This document shows positions 11,741 to 22,649 of a DNA stretch of 64,000 bases, piece by piece. The stretch's first letter is position 1. Every line of letters starts with the position of its first letter. The DNA is from Cetorhinus maximus. Taxonomy: Eukaryota. Both the position numbers and the translations under genes were made by a program. The stretch spans positions 83,948,001-84,012,000 of the forward strand of contig NC_135897.1 of NCBI RefSeq assembly GCF_964194155.1. The letters run 5' to 3'. A model generated the notes under the pieces. That model was not told the DNA's origin, made no database searches, and saw nothing but the letters and a program-made list of their open reading frames with translations.

Positions 11741-13116
11741 AGCTACGCTGAACGTGAGCTGTTCACTGTTGGTGTAACTTTCATTTGGAAGTGTTCAATT
11801 ATGTAAGTACAGCCGCAGATGTAATAGCCCTGGGATCCTTCATCTTCTAACTGGAAAGTCAGTGTTCTGTAGACCAAACAACCAAATCACAACGTCAATC
11901 TGCCACGAAAACTTTACAGAAAGAGACAGCACAACCCCGTTTCAACTGAGCATGGGCTACAACTTTTCAAATATACATCTGCACAGGAATGCAAGTTTTG
12001 ACTTTAATTCTGATTGATCCTGGCACATGGCCAGAGTAGACTCTGAGTTCACCCCCACAGTCACTCTTCAAGCAGCACAAACGCTCACTAAAAATAAATA
12101 ATTGTATTCATGCTTCACACATCAAAAAAATGGCTTTGGCGTGCCACATCGGAGTTAAGAATTTATAAAGAACCACATTTTTTTTTTAAAAAAGGAACAA
12201 TTCTAGTTAAAAGCAAAAGGACATCTAAATTATAAAACTGTAAGGAAAGCCACACAGTCAATACCAGCTTGTGTAGCTATACTAAACTGCAGATCCACAT
12301 GTAGCAAAACACTGCACTTTCTGACTTCTTCAATAACTTCCATCTGCTACTCCAAGCAGACCGTACCGCACTCTGTCTGCTACAGTCCTACACTTCTCCC
12401 CTGCTTTCAACTCAGGGCAGCCATTACCCAATCACGGTTTATTCTGAAGTAGTTTTTCTTCCAGGTTTGCCCCTCAACACTGTTCATTACCTTCCATACT
12501 CAATCAGGCCCTCCAGTCTCTCTTCACAACTCCACTTCCTGCTCTGATACCAGGAATCAGTCTCTTCTTGGCACCACTTCCAGGGTTCAACAGTCTCCCT
12601 TTGGCAATATTCATACCACCATGATCTGCCAGCTCACAACCTTCTCACAGCCCAGTGCCAACCCCGAAAGTAATAACACTGCCAGGTTTGGCAACAACAG
12701 TCTTCCCTCTTGCCTGCTATAGCTAATCCAACCATATGATACGTGGTGGTGGTGGGGAAAGGTGGGGTGAAGGTTTCTGCTGTCCATTCAGCAGACCCAT
12801 AGGCCAGGAGCCAGCCGCAGTCACCAGAATCATTCTGCTAGAAACAAATTCCAAAGGGCAAGAGACAGATGGGTCTTGGCAGAGTAGGCCTACCATCCGA
12901 TGGTACCTGACTCTTTATAGGCAAAAAAAACATGTGAAAGGGGGCTTCCACAATTGACCCTGGGAACGCATACAAAGGCTTTTCCTTGAACCATGTCACC
13001 CAGCAACAGGGAAGAGTCACAGTCAACAGTTTTTTTTTGTGAACGAAGCACAGTTGCTTCCATCTCCTACAGCCTCAGAGGTACTTACAGTATTCACAAC
13101 TTCCTATTTCCCCCAT

Positions 13117-13230
13117 GCCCAGGGTTATTGAGGGGAGGGAGGGAGGGATCCAGGGTTATGGGGGGGGAGAGGGATCCAGAGTTATGGGGGGAGGGAGGGA
13201 TCCAGGGTTATGGGGGGGGGGGGGGTAGGG
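13117..13230 (+). repeat. G-rich tandem repeat (~25-bp unit, ~4 copies) at the start of SIAH2 intron 1
   Basis: GAGGGATCCAG(G/A)GTTATGGGGG repeated. Confidence 0.85.
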
Positions 13231-13371
13231 GAGAGAGGGAAGGTAGTGAGGGCTGGCTGTGAAATGTGAAGCCTCCTGCAGACAATAGTGATGCAAAGGG
13301 TTATATCCAAGGGAGGAAGACACAATGAAAACATGTCACCGCAGACCCTGCTAGAGGCGGAAGGGGCTTAC

Positions 13372-13875
13372 CTTGCAGGGGAAGAGCACAGCCGAAGCCA
13401 CTTTCTCCATGGCCAGGTTGCGAATGCTGGGGGTGAGGGAGCCCCTGCAGGTCGGGCAACAGGTCAACTTCTGCCGGCAGGTGTTGCACACCAAATGCCC
13501 GGCCTGGCATTGCAGGATCGGCGGCAGGACGTAGTCGAAGCAGACGGGGCACTCGAAGAGCGAGGTCAGTTCCTGAGCGGCGGCGGCGGCGGCAGCAGCG
13601 GCGGCGGCTGCCGCTGCCGCCACGGCCGCCGCCTGGTGATGGTGGAGCGGCGGAGGGGGAGAAGCGACACCGGCACCGATGATCGCCGCCGTCCCGCAGC
13701 CGCCCACGGCCCCGGCGGCGGTCCCGGCGGCGGCAACAGGGACGGCGGAAGAAGATGAAGAGGAAGCCGCTGCTGCGACCGCCGCCGACAGGCCGCTGGG
13801 GGCCGGGGACGGTGCCGTGTGCTTGCCGGTTTTGCCCCCGCCGCTGCCCGCTCCGGCCGGTGGAGGGTGGCTCAT
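13372..13875 (-). CDS. SIAH2: E3 ubiquitin-protein ligase SIAH2, coding exon 1 (168 codons; low-complexity N-terminus plus RING finger)
   Basis: cagccATG at 13875; [67 protein letters not shown] nearly identical to vertebrate SIAH2 as recalled; phase-0 donor AAG|GTAAG at 13371, the known SIAH2 intron position; exon 2 (YATTGC...) not found in the window. Confidence 0.97.
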
Positions 13876-13910
13876 GGCTGGCAAGCAGGAGGAGAGGCGG
13901 CCGAGGGCAT
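13872..13910 (-). promoter_or_regulatory. uORF ([12 protein letters not shown]) whose stop overlaps the SIAH2 start codon
   Basis: ATG CCC TCG GCC GCC TCT CCT CCT GCT TGC CAG CCA TGA; the TGA (13874-13872) shares bases with the main ATG (13875-13873). Confidence 0.6.
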
Positions 13911-13918
13911 GGGTTTCC

Positions 13919-13960
13919 CTCCTCTTCTTCTTCTTCTTCTTCTTCCTCCTCCTCCTCCCC
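13919..13960 (-). repeat. (GAG)n(GAA)n purine microsatellite in the probable SIAH2 5' UTR
   Basis: Plus strand CTCCT(CTT)7 followed by (CCT)4. Confidence 0.85.
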
Positions 13961-14040
13961 TCTCGCTCTCCCTCCAGCCCCGGCTCCGCTTCCAGCCGCC
14001 GCCGAATGTTTAGAAACAAAAAAAAAATCGCAACACCGCG

Positions 14041-14105
14041 TTCTAGAACCTTGCAACACCGGCGCCGTGACGTCACCCAGGCGGGGAAGCCCCTGCGTCA
14101 CGTGA
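14041..14105. promoter_or_regulatory. SIAH2 proximal promoter motif cluster: HSE-like, full CRE, GC box, half-CRE and E-box
   Basis: TTCTAGAACCTTG (14041-14053), palindromic GTGACGTCAC (14067-14076), GGCGGGG (~14080), TGCGTCA overlapping TCACGTGA (14094-14105). Confidence 0.65.
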
Positions 14106-14599
14106 GTCCCTCCCCTCCACCATCACCATCACCACCATTCATTCATTCATCCATCCATCCCATCCAGAATTGTCACAGCGCTGCAAGGAAGCCATTCAGC
14201 CCATCGTGTCTGCACCTGTTCCCCAGATGAGCCATTCCCTTCGCTCCATCCTCCCCGTAACCCCGCACATTCTCCCTTTTCAGACAACAGCCTGGTTTCC
14301 CCCCCCTTTGAATGCCTCCATTGAACCTGCCTCCAACCCACTCTCCGGCAGTTGCATTCCAGACCCCCAACCACTCGCTGTGTGAAAAATGTTTTTCCTC
14401 ACATGGTCGATTAGTTTAGTTTAAACCCGTGCCCACCCCACCCCGGCCCTGAATCCTTTAACCAGTAGGAAAAGTTTCCCCCCATCTACTCTATCCAGAT
14501 GGAGTGACCGATTTTCACAGAGAAAATTAAGGGACGGCCTGCCATGGGGGTCCATTGGTCCATTCGGGGTGGGCGGGTGGGGGTTGGTAGGGGGTACTG

Positions 14600-15010
14600 C
14601 TGGAGCTGTGGGAACAGAATGGGTGTTGGCTGGCTGAGCTGTCGGGGGTGGGGGAGGTAGGGGGTGGGAGTGCTACGAGAGCTGTTGGGGGGAGAGGGGT
14701 GCTGTCAGAGTTATGGGAGGGGAGGGGGTGCTGTCAGAGTTATGGGAGGGGAGGGGAGGGGAGGGGGCGCTGTCAGGGCTGTGGGAGCAGAGGGAGGGGG
14801 TGCTGTCAGAGTTGTTGGAGTGGAGGGTAGGGGGTGCTGTCAGCTGTGGGAGGGGAGGGGAGGGGGTGCTGTCAGATTTATGGGAGGGGAGGGGGCGCTG
14901 TCAGATATATGGGAGGGGAGAGGAGGGGGTGCTGTCAGAGTTATGGGATGGGAGGGGGCGCTGTCAGAGTTATGGGAGTGACGGGGAGGTGGGGGGTGCA
15001 GCTGCCTGAG
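14600..15010 (+). repeat. G-rich minisatellite (~27-33-bp unit, ~12 copies)
   Basis: GGGGGTGCTGTCAGAGTTATGGGAGGGGA repeated with variation. Confidence 0.9.
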
Positions 15011-15164
15011 CCGTGGGAGTGCACAGACAGGAGGAGAGCAGGCACTGTGCATGCGTGAAATTTGAAGGTATAAATTGTGGAACAAACAGCATCCCGGCAC
15101 CATGCACCATCCACAGGACATGGACTCAGATACAGGGCAATCCCATAAAATAAGGAAAGGTTGG

Positions 15165-15340
15165 TCACCTTGTGTGCAGACCCCTCATGATTTTGAATTC
15201 CTCTATCAAATCTCTCTCAGCCAAGGAAAACAGATCTAACTTCTCCAATCTATCTTCATAACTGAAGTTCCTCAACCCTGGAACCATTCTCATGAATTGT
15301 TCCTGCACTCTCTCCAATGCCTTCATGTCCTTCCTAACAA
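15165..15340 (-). mobile_element. CR1 fragment
   Basis: ORF 15165-15356 KDMKALERVQ..PGLRNFSYEDRLEKLDLFSL. Confidence 0.75.
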
Positions 15341-15479
15341 CCAAACACATTCGCACAGAAGCAACAATTTGCCACTCCCTGCCAAAGGAACATACTGCCG
15401 GAAACCTGTTTACAACATCTTGGCTTTTTTAGGCTTTTTCACAAGAAAGGAAGAGACGGATGTTGGCAGAACAGGAGTT

Positions 15480-16600
15480 TTAGACCATAAGATGTAGGAG
15501 CAGAAGTAGGCCATTCGGCCCATCGAGTCTGCTCTGCCATTTGGTGAGATTATGGCTGATCTGATAATCCTCAACTCCACTTTCCTGCCTTTTCCCCATA
15601 ACCATTGATTCCCTTACTGATTAAAAATCTGCCTATCTCAGCCTTGAATATACTTAACCACCCAACCTCCACAGCCCCCTGCGGTAAAGAATTCCACGGA
15701 TTCACTACCCTCTGAGGGAAGAAATACCTCCCCATCTCTGTCTTAAATGGGCAACCCCTCACTGTGAGATTATGTCCTCTGGTCCTAGACTCTCCCACAA
15801 GGGGAAACAACCTCTCAGCATCTACCCTGTAAAGCCCCCTAAAAATCTTATATGTTTCAATAAGGTCGCCTCTCATTCTTCTAAACTCCAATGAGTACAG
15901 GCCCAACATACTCAACCTCTCCTCATAAGAAAGCCCCTCCGTACCTGGGATCAACCTAGTGAACCTTCTCTGGACTGCCTCCAATGCCAGTGTATCTTTC
16001 CTTAGATAAGGGGACCAAAATTGTTCACAGTATCCTAGGTGTGGTCTAACTAGTGCCTTGTATAGTTTTAGCAAGACTTCCCTATTTTGGTACTCTGTTC
16101 CTTTTGAAATAAAATCCAACATTCCATTTGCCTTCCCTATTACCTGCTGAACTTGTATGTTAGCTTTTTGGGATTCATGCACGAGGACTCCCAAATCCCT
16201 TTGTGCTGCAGCTTTTTGCAATCTTTCTCCATTTAAATAATATTCAGTTCCTCTATTCTTCCCGCCAAAATGCATAACCTCGTATTTTCCCACATTATAT
16301 TCCATCTGCCAAGTTTTTGCCCACTCATTTAACCTGTTTATATCCCTCTGTAGACTCTTTGTGTCATCCTCACCACTTGCCTTCCCACCTATTTCTGTGT
16401 CATCCGCAAACTTAGCAATAGTACATTCACTTCCCTCATCTAAGTCATTAATATATATTGTAAATAATTGTGGCCCTAGCACTGATCCCTGTGGCACTCC
16501 AGGTTGCCATCCTGAAAATGCCCCCTTATCCCAACTCTCTGTCTTTTATTAGTTAGCCAATCCTCTATCCATGCTAATATACTACTTCCAACACCATGCG
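15480..16600 (-). mobile_element. Young 5'-truncated CR1 LINE
   Basis: Uninterrupted 308-aa ORF (15571-16497): [43 protein letters not shown], plus intact 3' UTR. Confidence 0.95.
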
Positions 16601-17012
16601 CTTTGCCCCATGTTCAAGCCATTCAACACAATCCTGGGTTCTCCTAACTCCACCTTTGCCTCATGTCCCTTTTTGTTAACAAAAATCTATCAAATTCAGA
16701 TTTAAAATTAACAATTGATCCAGCATCAATGCTATTTGTGGAAGAATTCCAAACTTCTATTCTACTTTGTGCATAGAAATGTTTCCTAATTTAACTTCTG
16801 AAAAGTCTGGCTCTTATTTTTAGACTTTGCCTCCCTCCCCTTGCCTTGGACTCCCCAACCAGTGGAAATAGTTTCTCCCTATCTTCCTTATCTTTTCCCC
16901 TAAACATCTTGAAAACTTCATTCAAATTACCCCTTAACCTGGGAGACTCTTGCACAGAAATTGCGAGGAGACTAAAGACCCAAGGTTCATTTAGTTCACC
17001 TTCTGCCATACT
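16367..17012 (+). repeat. Copy 1 of a ~640-bp local direct duplication
   Basis: Colinear with 20053-20683 across two CR1 junctions and adjacent sequence. Confidence 0.9.
16605..16935 (-). mobile_element. Older CR1 3' fragment
   Basis: RLRGNLNEVFKMFRG..REKLFPLVGES..SLKIRARLFRS. Confidence 0.75.
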
Positions 17013-17504
17013 CGATGGGGTGTGATAGAACAATAAAAGAGTTGTTGAATAATCAAGGGAATCAATCTCTATAAATTAGACCCAGGCATAAAGTGAGGAA
17101 AACACTAGTGATGGAGAACTTTAACCATAGATTCAAAGTCAACTTTTACTCCCAAATATTGTACACTTATCTCATGTCACATCTCAAATTGCTCAGAAAC
17201 TCTTCTCAAATTTTTATTTTCTGACAGAAACACATCCAATTTACATCTGAATGGGTCAATACCAATTGCTGCCATTGTCTCCGAAGGGAATCTGTTTCAT
17301 AAATGGGCCAAACAGTGAAACCATGTTTCTGCAGATTAGCTTTAAATTTAAGTGCAGGGTGCAAATTTTGATTCTTCTGTTCTGGATATAATGAACTAGT
17401 GAACAGTCTACATCATATCGTCCCTTTGGAATTCTAAGAACACATATCATATCATGTCTCAACTTTCTACTTTCCAGAGATTTTCTATTCTTCAGGGCTT
17501 CAAC

Positions 17505-18063
17505 TCAAAAATCAAGGCTGACACTCCAGGGCAGCACTAAGAGAGAAACATAAATACCTGGAAAAACTCAGCAGGTCTGGCAGCATCGGCGGAGAAGAAA
17601 AGAGTTGACGTTTCGAGTCCTCATGACCCTTCAACAGAAACGTCAACTCTTTTCTTCTCTGCCGATGCTGCCAGACCTGCTGAGTTTTTCCAGGTATTTC
17701 TGTTTTTGTTTTGGATTTCCAGCATCCGCAGTTTTTTGTTTTTATCAGCACTAAGAGACTGCTGCACTGTTGGAGGTGCCGTCTTTCAGATGAGACGTTC
17801 AACTGATGCAAAAGATCCAATGACACTATTTTGAAGAAGTTATCCCGGTGTCCTGACCAATATTTGTCCCTTAATCAACATCACTAATACAGTTCATCTG
17901 GTCATTATCACGTTGCTGTTTGTGGGCATTTGCTGAGAACAAATTAGCTGCCAAGCTTCTGACGTTACAACAGTGACTTCCCTTCAAAGAGTACTTCATT
18001 GTCTATAAAGCACTTCGCAATGTCTGGTGGTCATGCAAAGCGCTATATAAATGCAAGTCTTTC
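17505..18063 (+). mobile_element. Deu-domain SINE interrupted by a fold-back element
   Basis: AATCAAGGCTGACACTCCAG..[insert]..GCTGCACTGTTGGAGGTGCCGTCTTTCAGATGAGACG..GCGCTATATAAATGCAAG. Confidence 0.8.
17545..17745. mobile_element. Young fold-back Penelope-derived mini-element with hammerhead-like loop and 13-bp TSD
   Basis: 69-bp inverted arms (17546-17614 and 17637-17705, 67/69 match); TSD CAGCACTAAGAGA at 17532-17544 and 17746-17758. Confidence 0.85.
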
Positions 18064-18509
18064 TTGACAACATGCCCATGTAGGTGGGGAGATTTGAGGG
18101 GATGGAGGTTAGGAGAAGTAGCTCCAGGGATGTGATAGATCCCACCAATGGGAGAAATGAGGAAACACAATATTCCAGAATTGGAACAACTGCACAGTAA
18201 GCCAGAGCTGGTCCGAGTTGGATCATAGTTACTGGAGCAGGTGAAAGTGCAAGGGTGAGTTATAAATAAGGACATTGATTTTGAAAACAATATACAGGAG
18301 GATAGAGAGTTAGTGGAAATCCATAAGAACAGAAGTGATAGGCAGATGTGGATTTTATACAGGATGGAGCTTAGGTGGTTGATGAGGTGAGTGCCCGGAG
18401 GTGTCAATGACGTTTGTAGGACAGGTAAGGCAAGGACGAAGGCAGGGGATATTAGGGAAACAGAAGAAAGCCATCCTAATTGTGGAGCAGACATGGAATT
18501 TGGAACTGT

Positions 18510-18815
18510 ACCTGGTCAAATGAACCAGGGGACACAGTCTCAGGATAAGGGGCTGGCCATTTAGGAGTGAGATGAGGAGGAATTTCTTCACTCAGAGGGT
18601 AGTGAATCTTTGGAATTCTCTACCCCAGAGGGCTGTGGAAGCTCAATCATTGAACATGCTTAAGCCAGAGATCAATCGATTTCTGGATACTAACGACATT
18701 AAGGGATATGGGGATAGCGTGGGAAAATGGCGTTGAGGTAGATGATCAGCCATAACCAAGTTGAATGGCGGAGCAGGCTCAAGGGGCTGAATGGCCTAAT
18801 CCTGCTTCTATGTTC
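18510..18815 (+). mobile_element. CR1 3' end, inserted among older L2-like fragments (18075-18490, 18850-19280)
   Basis: AACCAGGGGACACAGTCTCAGGATAAGGGG..GAATCTTTGGAATTCTCTACCCCAG..GGGCTGAATGGCCTAATCCTGCT. Confidence 0.8.
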
Positions 18816-19299
18816 CTTTGACACTGAGGTCATGTATTGCTGTCGAGTTCAGTTGCTTGATTAGCTGGGAAGGATGATAGTCAGACTTAAGATGCCACAG
18901 AGTGAGAACACAGGCTTGTGCCTTCCCAGTGTAAAGCTGGAGAAAGATCTGGCCAGCCACAACTTGATGCTGGATAAGTAGCTGGACAGTGGTAGTGGTG
19001 GAATCGAGGGCAGTGGTGGAGGGGTTAAGCTGGCTGTCATCAGCAAGAGGTCAGCAACAGAGGGTTTGGAAAGGAACATAAGGCTTGAGAGGTTGAGTGG
19101 GCTGAGCCTGTGGAGCGATTTGCCGATGAAGATTTTAGGATTTTAATGAGATTCCTTGGGAGGAGGAAGCCAGTGTATTTCAGTTACCCAGAGTTGTGTT
19201 GAATGATCAAAGGTCAGGTGGTGAGGAAACTAAAGGGGCAAGAAATGGATTTTAAAGAAAGATTATGCTTGGAGACAATGAGAGGAAGATGGAAGAGAG

Positions 19300-20050
19300 G
19301 CTGCAGTGGCTCGGTGGATGGCACTCTTACCTCTGAGTCAGAACGGCATGGGTTAAAGTCACCAGAAACTTGAGCACAAAATCTAGGCTGATGCTCCAGT
19401 GCAGCACTGAGGGAGTGCTGCACTGTCAGAGGTGCAGTCTTTCAGATGCAATGTTAAACCAAAACCCTATCTGGTCTTTCAGGTGGATCTAAAAGATCCT
19501 ACGGAACTCTTTCAAGGCAGAACAAGAGGATTCTTCCTAATGCCCTGGCTAATATCTATCCCTCAACTGTCATCACTAAAAACAAGTCATTCTTCTTCTC
19601 ATACCTAATGGCGTATAAGGCAGGCAAAGTACCTGTTTATGTCTGTTTCCATAGCTAGTATTTCCTGGAACAGTTCACTTGCCTTCACCAGAGGCTATAG
19701 CTTGAGGGGAACCACTCCACATCAAGCATGGCTGACTAAGAGACTCTCCTGCTCTTGCCACCTACCATAGCTGTATTGGAAGGATTTACAGGTTGATAAT
19801 TAACCTGTTTGGTTACATTATGAACATACCCCCCCATGGAAAATTAAATCATGGAGTGGGTCTTGAACCCAGAGCTTCTAGTTCAGGGGCAGAGACACTA
19901 CCCACTGCACCATAAGACCTCCTATCTGGTTATTATTACGTTGCAAATTGGCCGCTGCATTTCTTACACCTCACTTCAAAGCCACTTCATTGACTATAAA
20001 GTAATTTGGGAAGTCTTGAGGTTGTTAAGGGCGTAATGTAAATGCAAGTT
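19300..20050 (+). mobile_element. Deu-domain SINE split by an antisense tRNA-derived SINE (~19590-19920)
   Basis: Head and core 19300-19585; resumes ATCTGGTTATTA..AAATTGGCCGCTGC..AAATGCAAG at 19923-20050; the insert ends in reverse-complement A/B boxes (CTTGAACCC, ACTACCCACTGCACC). Confidence 0.7.
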
Positions 20051-20052
20051 GT

Positions 20053-20683
20053 TCCTCACCACTTGCCTTCCCACTTATTGCTGTGTCATCCGCAAACTTG
20101 GCGATAGTACATTCACTTCCCTCATCTAAGTCATTAATATATATTGTAAATAATTGTGGCCCTAGCACTGATCCCTGTGGCACTCTAGGTTGCCATCCTG
20201 AAAATGCCCCCTTATCCCAACTCTCTGTCTTTTATTAGTTAGCCAATCCTCTATCCATGCTAATATACTACTCCCAACACCATGCACTTTGCCCCATGTT
20301 CAAGCCATTCAACGCAATCCTGGCTCTCCTAACTCCACCTTTGCCCCATGTCCCTTTTTGTTAACAAAAATCTATCAAATCCAGATTTAAAATTAACAAT
20401 TGATCCAGCATCAATGCTATTTGTGGAAAAATTCCAAACTTCTATTCTACTTTGTGCATGGAAATGTTTCTTAATTTAACTTCTGAAAAGTCTGGCTCTT
20501 ATTTTTAGACTTTGCCTCCCTCCCCTAGCCTTGGACTCCCCAACCAGTGGAAATAGTTTCTCTCTATCTACCTTATCTTTTCTCCTTAACATCTTGAAAA
20601 CTTCACTCAACTTACCCATCTTGCACAGAAATTGCTAGGAGACTAAAGACCCAAGGTTCATTTAGTTCACCTTCCGCCATACT
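20053..20683 (+). repeat. Copy 2 of the ~640-bp local direct duplication
   Basis: Colinear with 16367-17012, with scattered substitutions and a short indel near 20617. Confidence 0.9.
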
Positions 20684-21567
20684 GGGTGGTTGGCCAGTTT
20701 GAAGGATGCTGGGAGCCTGTGTACAGACTGTGTCCAGGCTTATCATAGCCAAAGAAGAAATAGTTGTTGTGACCTCCCCATAAAGTAACCGGAGCACATG
20801 AGCAGTCCTATAGCTACCCTGTGTAGGCAAAGGAGCAAATGCCTCTTTAGTTAGATCTGTCAATTGGCCATGATTAAAGACCATGGTGTAAACTATTACA
20901 TAAAATGCTAATGAGCATCTTCTGGTTTCTGAGGGCCTGCCATTCAACGTATTGATCACATACAATTTAACTACCTCCTAAATAAAGCCCTCAAATCCTA
21001 ACTAACTTTCTAGATCAATTAGCCTGGCTTAGTCCCATGGACAATTCATTTCCAAACTTCATTTTGGTAGAAAACACATCTTTCATTTTGACACTTCTCC
21101 CCCCACCAGGGGAGATGGCTATTCACTGTTGCTACTTGTAAAAACCTTCCTCTTGCTCAGGTGATCTGCTCTGTAAATGTTGTTTTTTATTTGTCCATGG
21201 GATGGGGGCGTCACTGGCCAGGCCAGCATTTATTAGCCATCCCTACTTGCCCTAGTTCAGAGGGCGTTTGAGAGTTAGCCACATTGTTAGCAGGCCTTTC
21301 CTGTTAAGCTACTCTCAAAGGGTACCCATGGCAGCTGTGCTGGCACTCCTGTTTCTGATCAGATGGTTATGGTTTTAAGCCACATACCAGATGCCTAAGT
21401 ACTAAATCTAGGCTAGCATCTCCAGTTCAGAGTTCAAAGGTGCTGACTTTGAGATGTTAAAGAAAGGTCCTATTTGCAAAAGACCCTCTTAGTGCTATTT
21501 TGAAGAAGACCATGGGAGTCTTGACTGATATTTATCCCTTGTCAGCTATCAGTTGTCAGTGCCAGTT

Positions 21568-21998
21568 GTGGTTCAGTTGGTGGCACTCTGGCCTCTGATT
21601 CAGGTCCCACTCCAGGGCTTGAGCACAGAAATCAAGGCTGACACTCTAGTGTGGTACAGAGGGGATTATACACTGTCAGAGGTGCTGTCTTTCAGATGCA
21701 ATGTTAAACTGGGGCCCCATCTGCCTGCTTGGGTGGATGCAGAAGATCCAATGGCACTATTTTGTGGAAGAGCCAGGGAGTTATCCCCAGTGCCCTGATC
21801 GATATTTATCCCTCAACCGACATCATAAAAATCAGATTTTCTGGTCATTATCACATTGCTGTTTGTGGAGTTTGCTGTGTGCCAATAAGCTGCCACATTT
21901 CCACGTTATGATGCTGTCTACCCTTCAAAGAGTATTTTATTGGCTGTGAAGCATCTAGTGGTCATGAAAAGCACTATAAAAATGTAAGTCTTTTTTTC
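21568..21998 (+). mobile_element. Near full-length Deu-domain SINE, preceded by an older partial copy (~21350-21540)
   Basis: GTGGTTCAGTTGG head, GAGGTGCTGTCTTTCAGATG core, AGATCCAATGGCACTATTT, CTGGTCATTATCACATTGCTGTTTGTGG, tail CACTATAAAAATGTAAG. Confidence 0.8.
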
Positions 21999-22029
21999 TT
22001 TTAACCAACATCTTTGAAACAGATTATCC

Positions 22030-22385
22030 CAACATAAGAAATACGAACAGATGCAGGTCAATCTGTCTATGAGCCTGCTCCACCATTCAACTAAGATCAT
22101 GGTTGTCATTCTATCTCAGCTACACCTTCTCTTGGGATCCCCATTTCCCTTTTTATCCAAAAATCTATTGATCTCTGTCATGAATATACTTAAGAACTGA
22201 GCACCCACAATTCCAAAATTTTACAACCCTTTGAATGAAGAAATTTCTCCTCATCTCAATCCTAAATGGCTGAGAATATGACCTCTAGTTGTAGACTTCC
22301 CACACAATGCCAGCATCTGCCCTATCAGACTCCTTAGGAATTTTATATGTTTCAAACTGATCACCACACATTCTTCTTAACTCTA
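22030..22385 (-). mobile_element. CR1 3' fragment
   Basis: GAGCCTGCTCCACCATTCAA..GAAATTTCTCCTCATCTC..TTTATATGTTTCAA. Confidence 0.65.
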
Positions 22386-22649
22386 GTCATCATCCAATCA
22401 TTATCACATTGCTCTTTTCATACTGCTGTTTGTAGGATTTTGCTCCATGTAAAATTCGTACATTACAATTGTCACAAAGAGTTTACAATTGCCTGTAAAT
22501 TGCTTTGGGAAATCCTGAGGCTGTGAAAGGTGCTATATAAGTTTAAGTTACATATGTGTTTTCTATTCAACGACTGTATTACCTTCAGCATTTAATTTTA
22601 CTCACTGCCCTGGCATGGGATGTGGGTGATTTTTTTTAATATATTCATT

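Larger units (their letters stand above)
13350..14110. promoter_or_regulatory. CpG island over SIAH2 promoter and exon 1
   Basis: Very GC-rich and CpG-dense relative to the CpG-depleted flanks. Confidence 0.9.

Noticed and set aside
13876-14076. N-terminal extension of the 241-aa ORF ([13 protein letters not shown]) as part of SIAH2
   Set aside because: It starts at a GTG within the CRE and runs through a purine microsatellite; SIAH2-like sequence begins at the gccATG at 13875
13288-14230. Overlapping long ORFs on both strands (156, 266, 183 and 116 aa)
   Set aside because: Shadow frames of a GC-rich, stop-poor CpG island; no recognisable domains
14600-15010. CRISPR-like array
   Set aside because: Eukaryotic context, head-to-tail degenerate units, no unique spacers and no cas genes
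14648-15168. Gly-rich or Pro-rich repetitive ORFs
   Set aside because: Translations of the minisatellite
15571-16497. 308-aa reverse transcriptase ORF as a host gene
   Set aside because: 5'-truncated CR1 ORF2 with near-identical decayed relatives in the window (45680-46620)
21568-21640. tRNA genes at A/B-box-like motifs here and at other SINE heads
   Set aside because: Degenerate SINE heads without cloverleaf structure, continuing into SINE bodies
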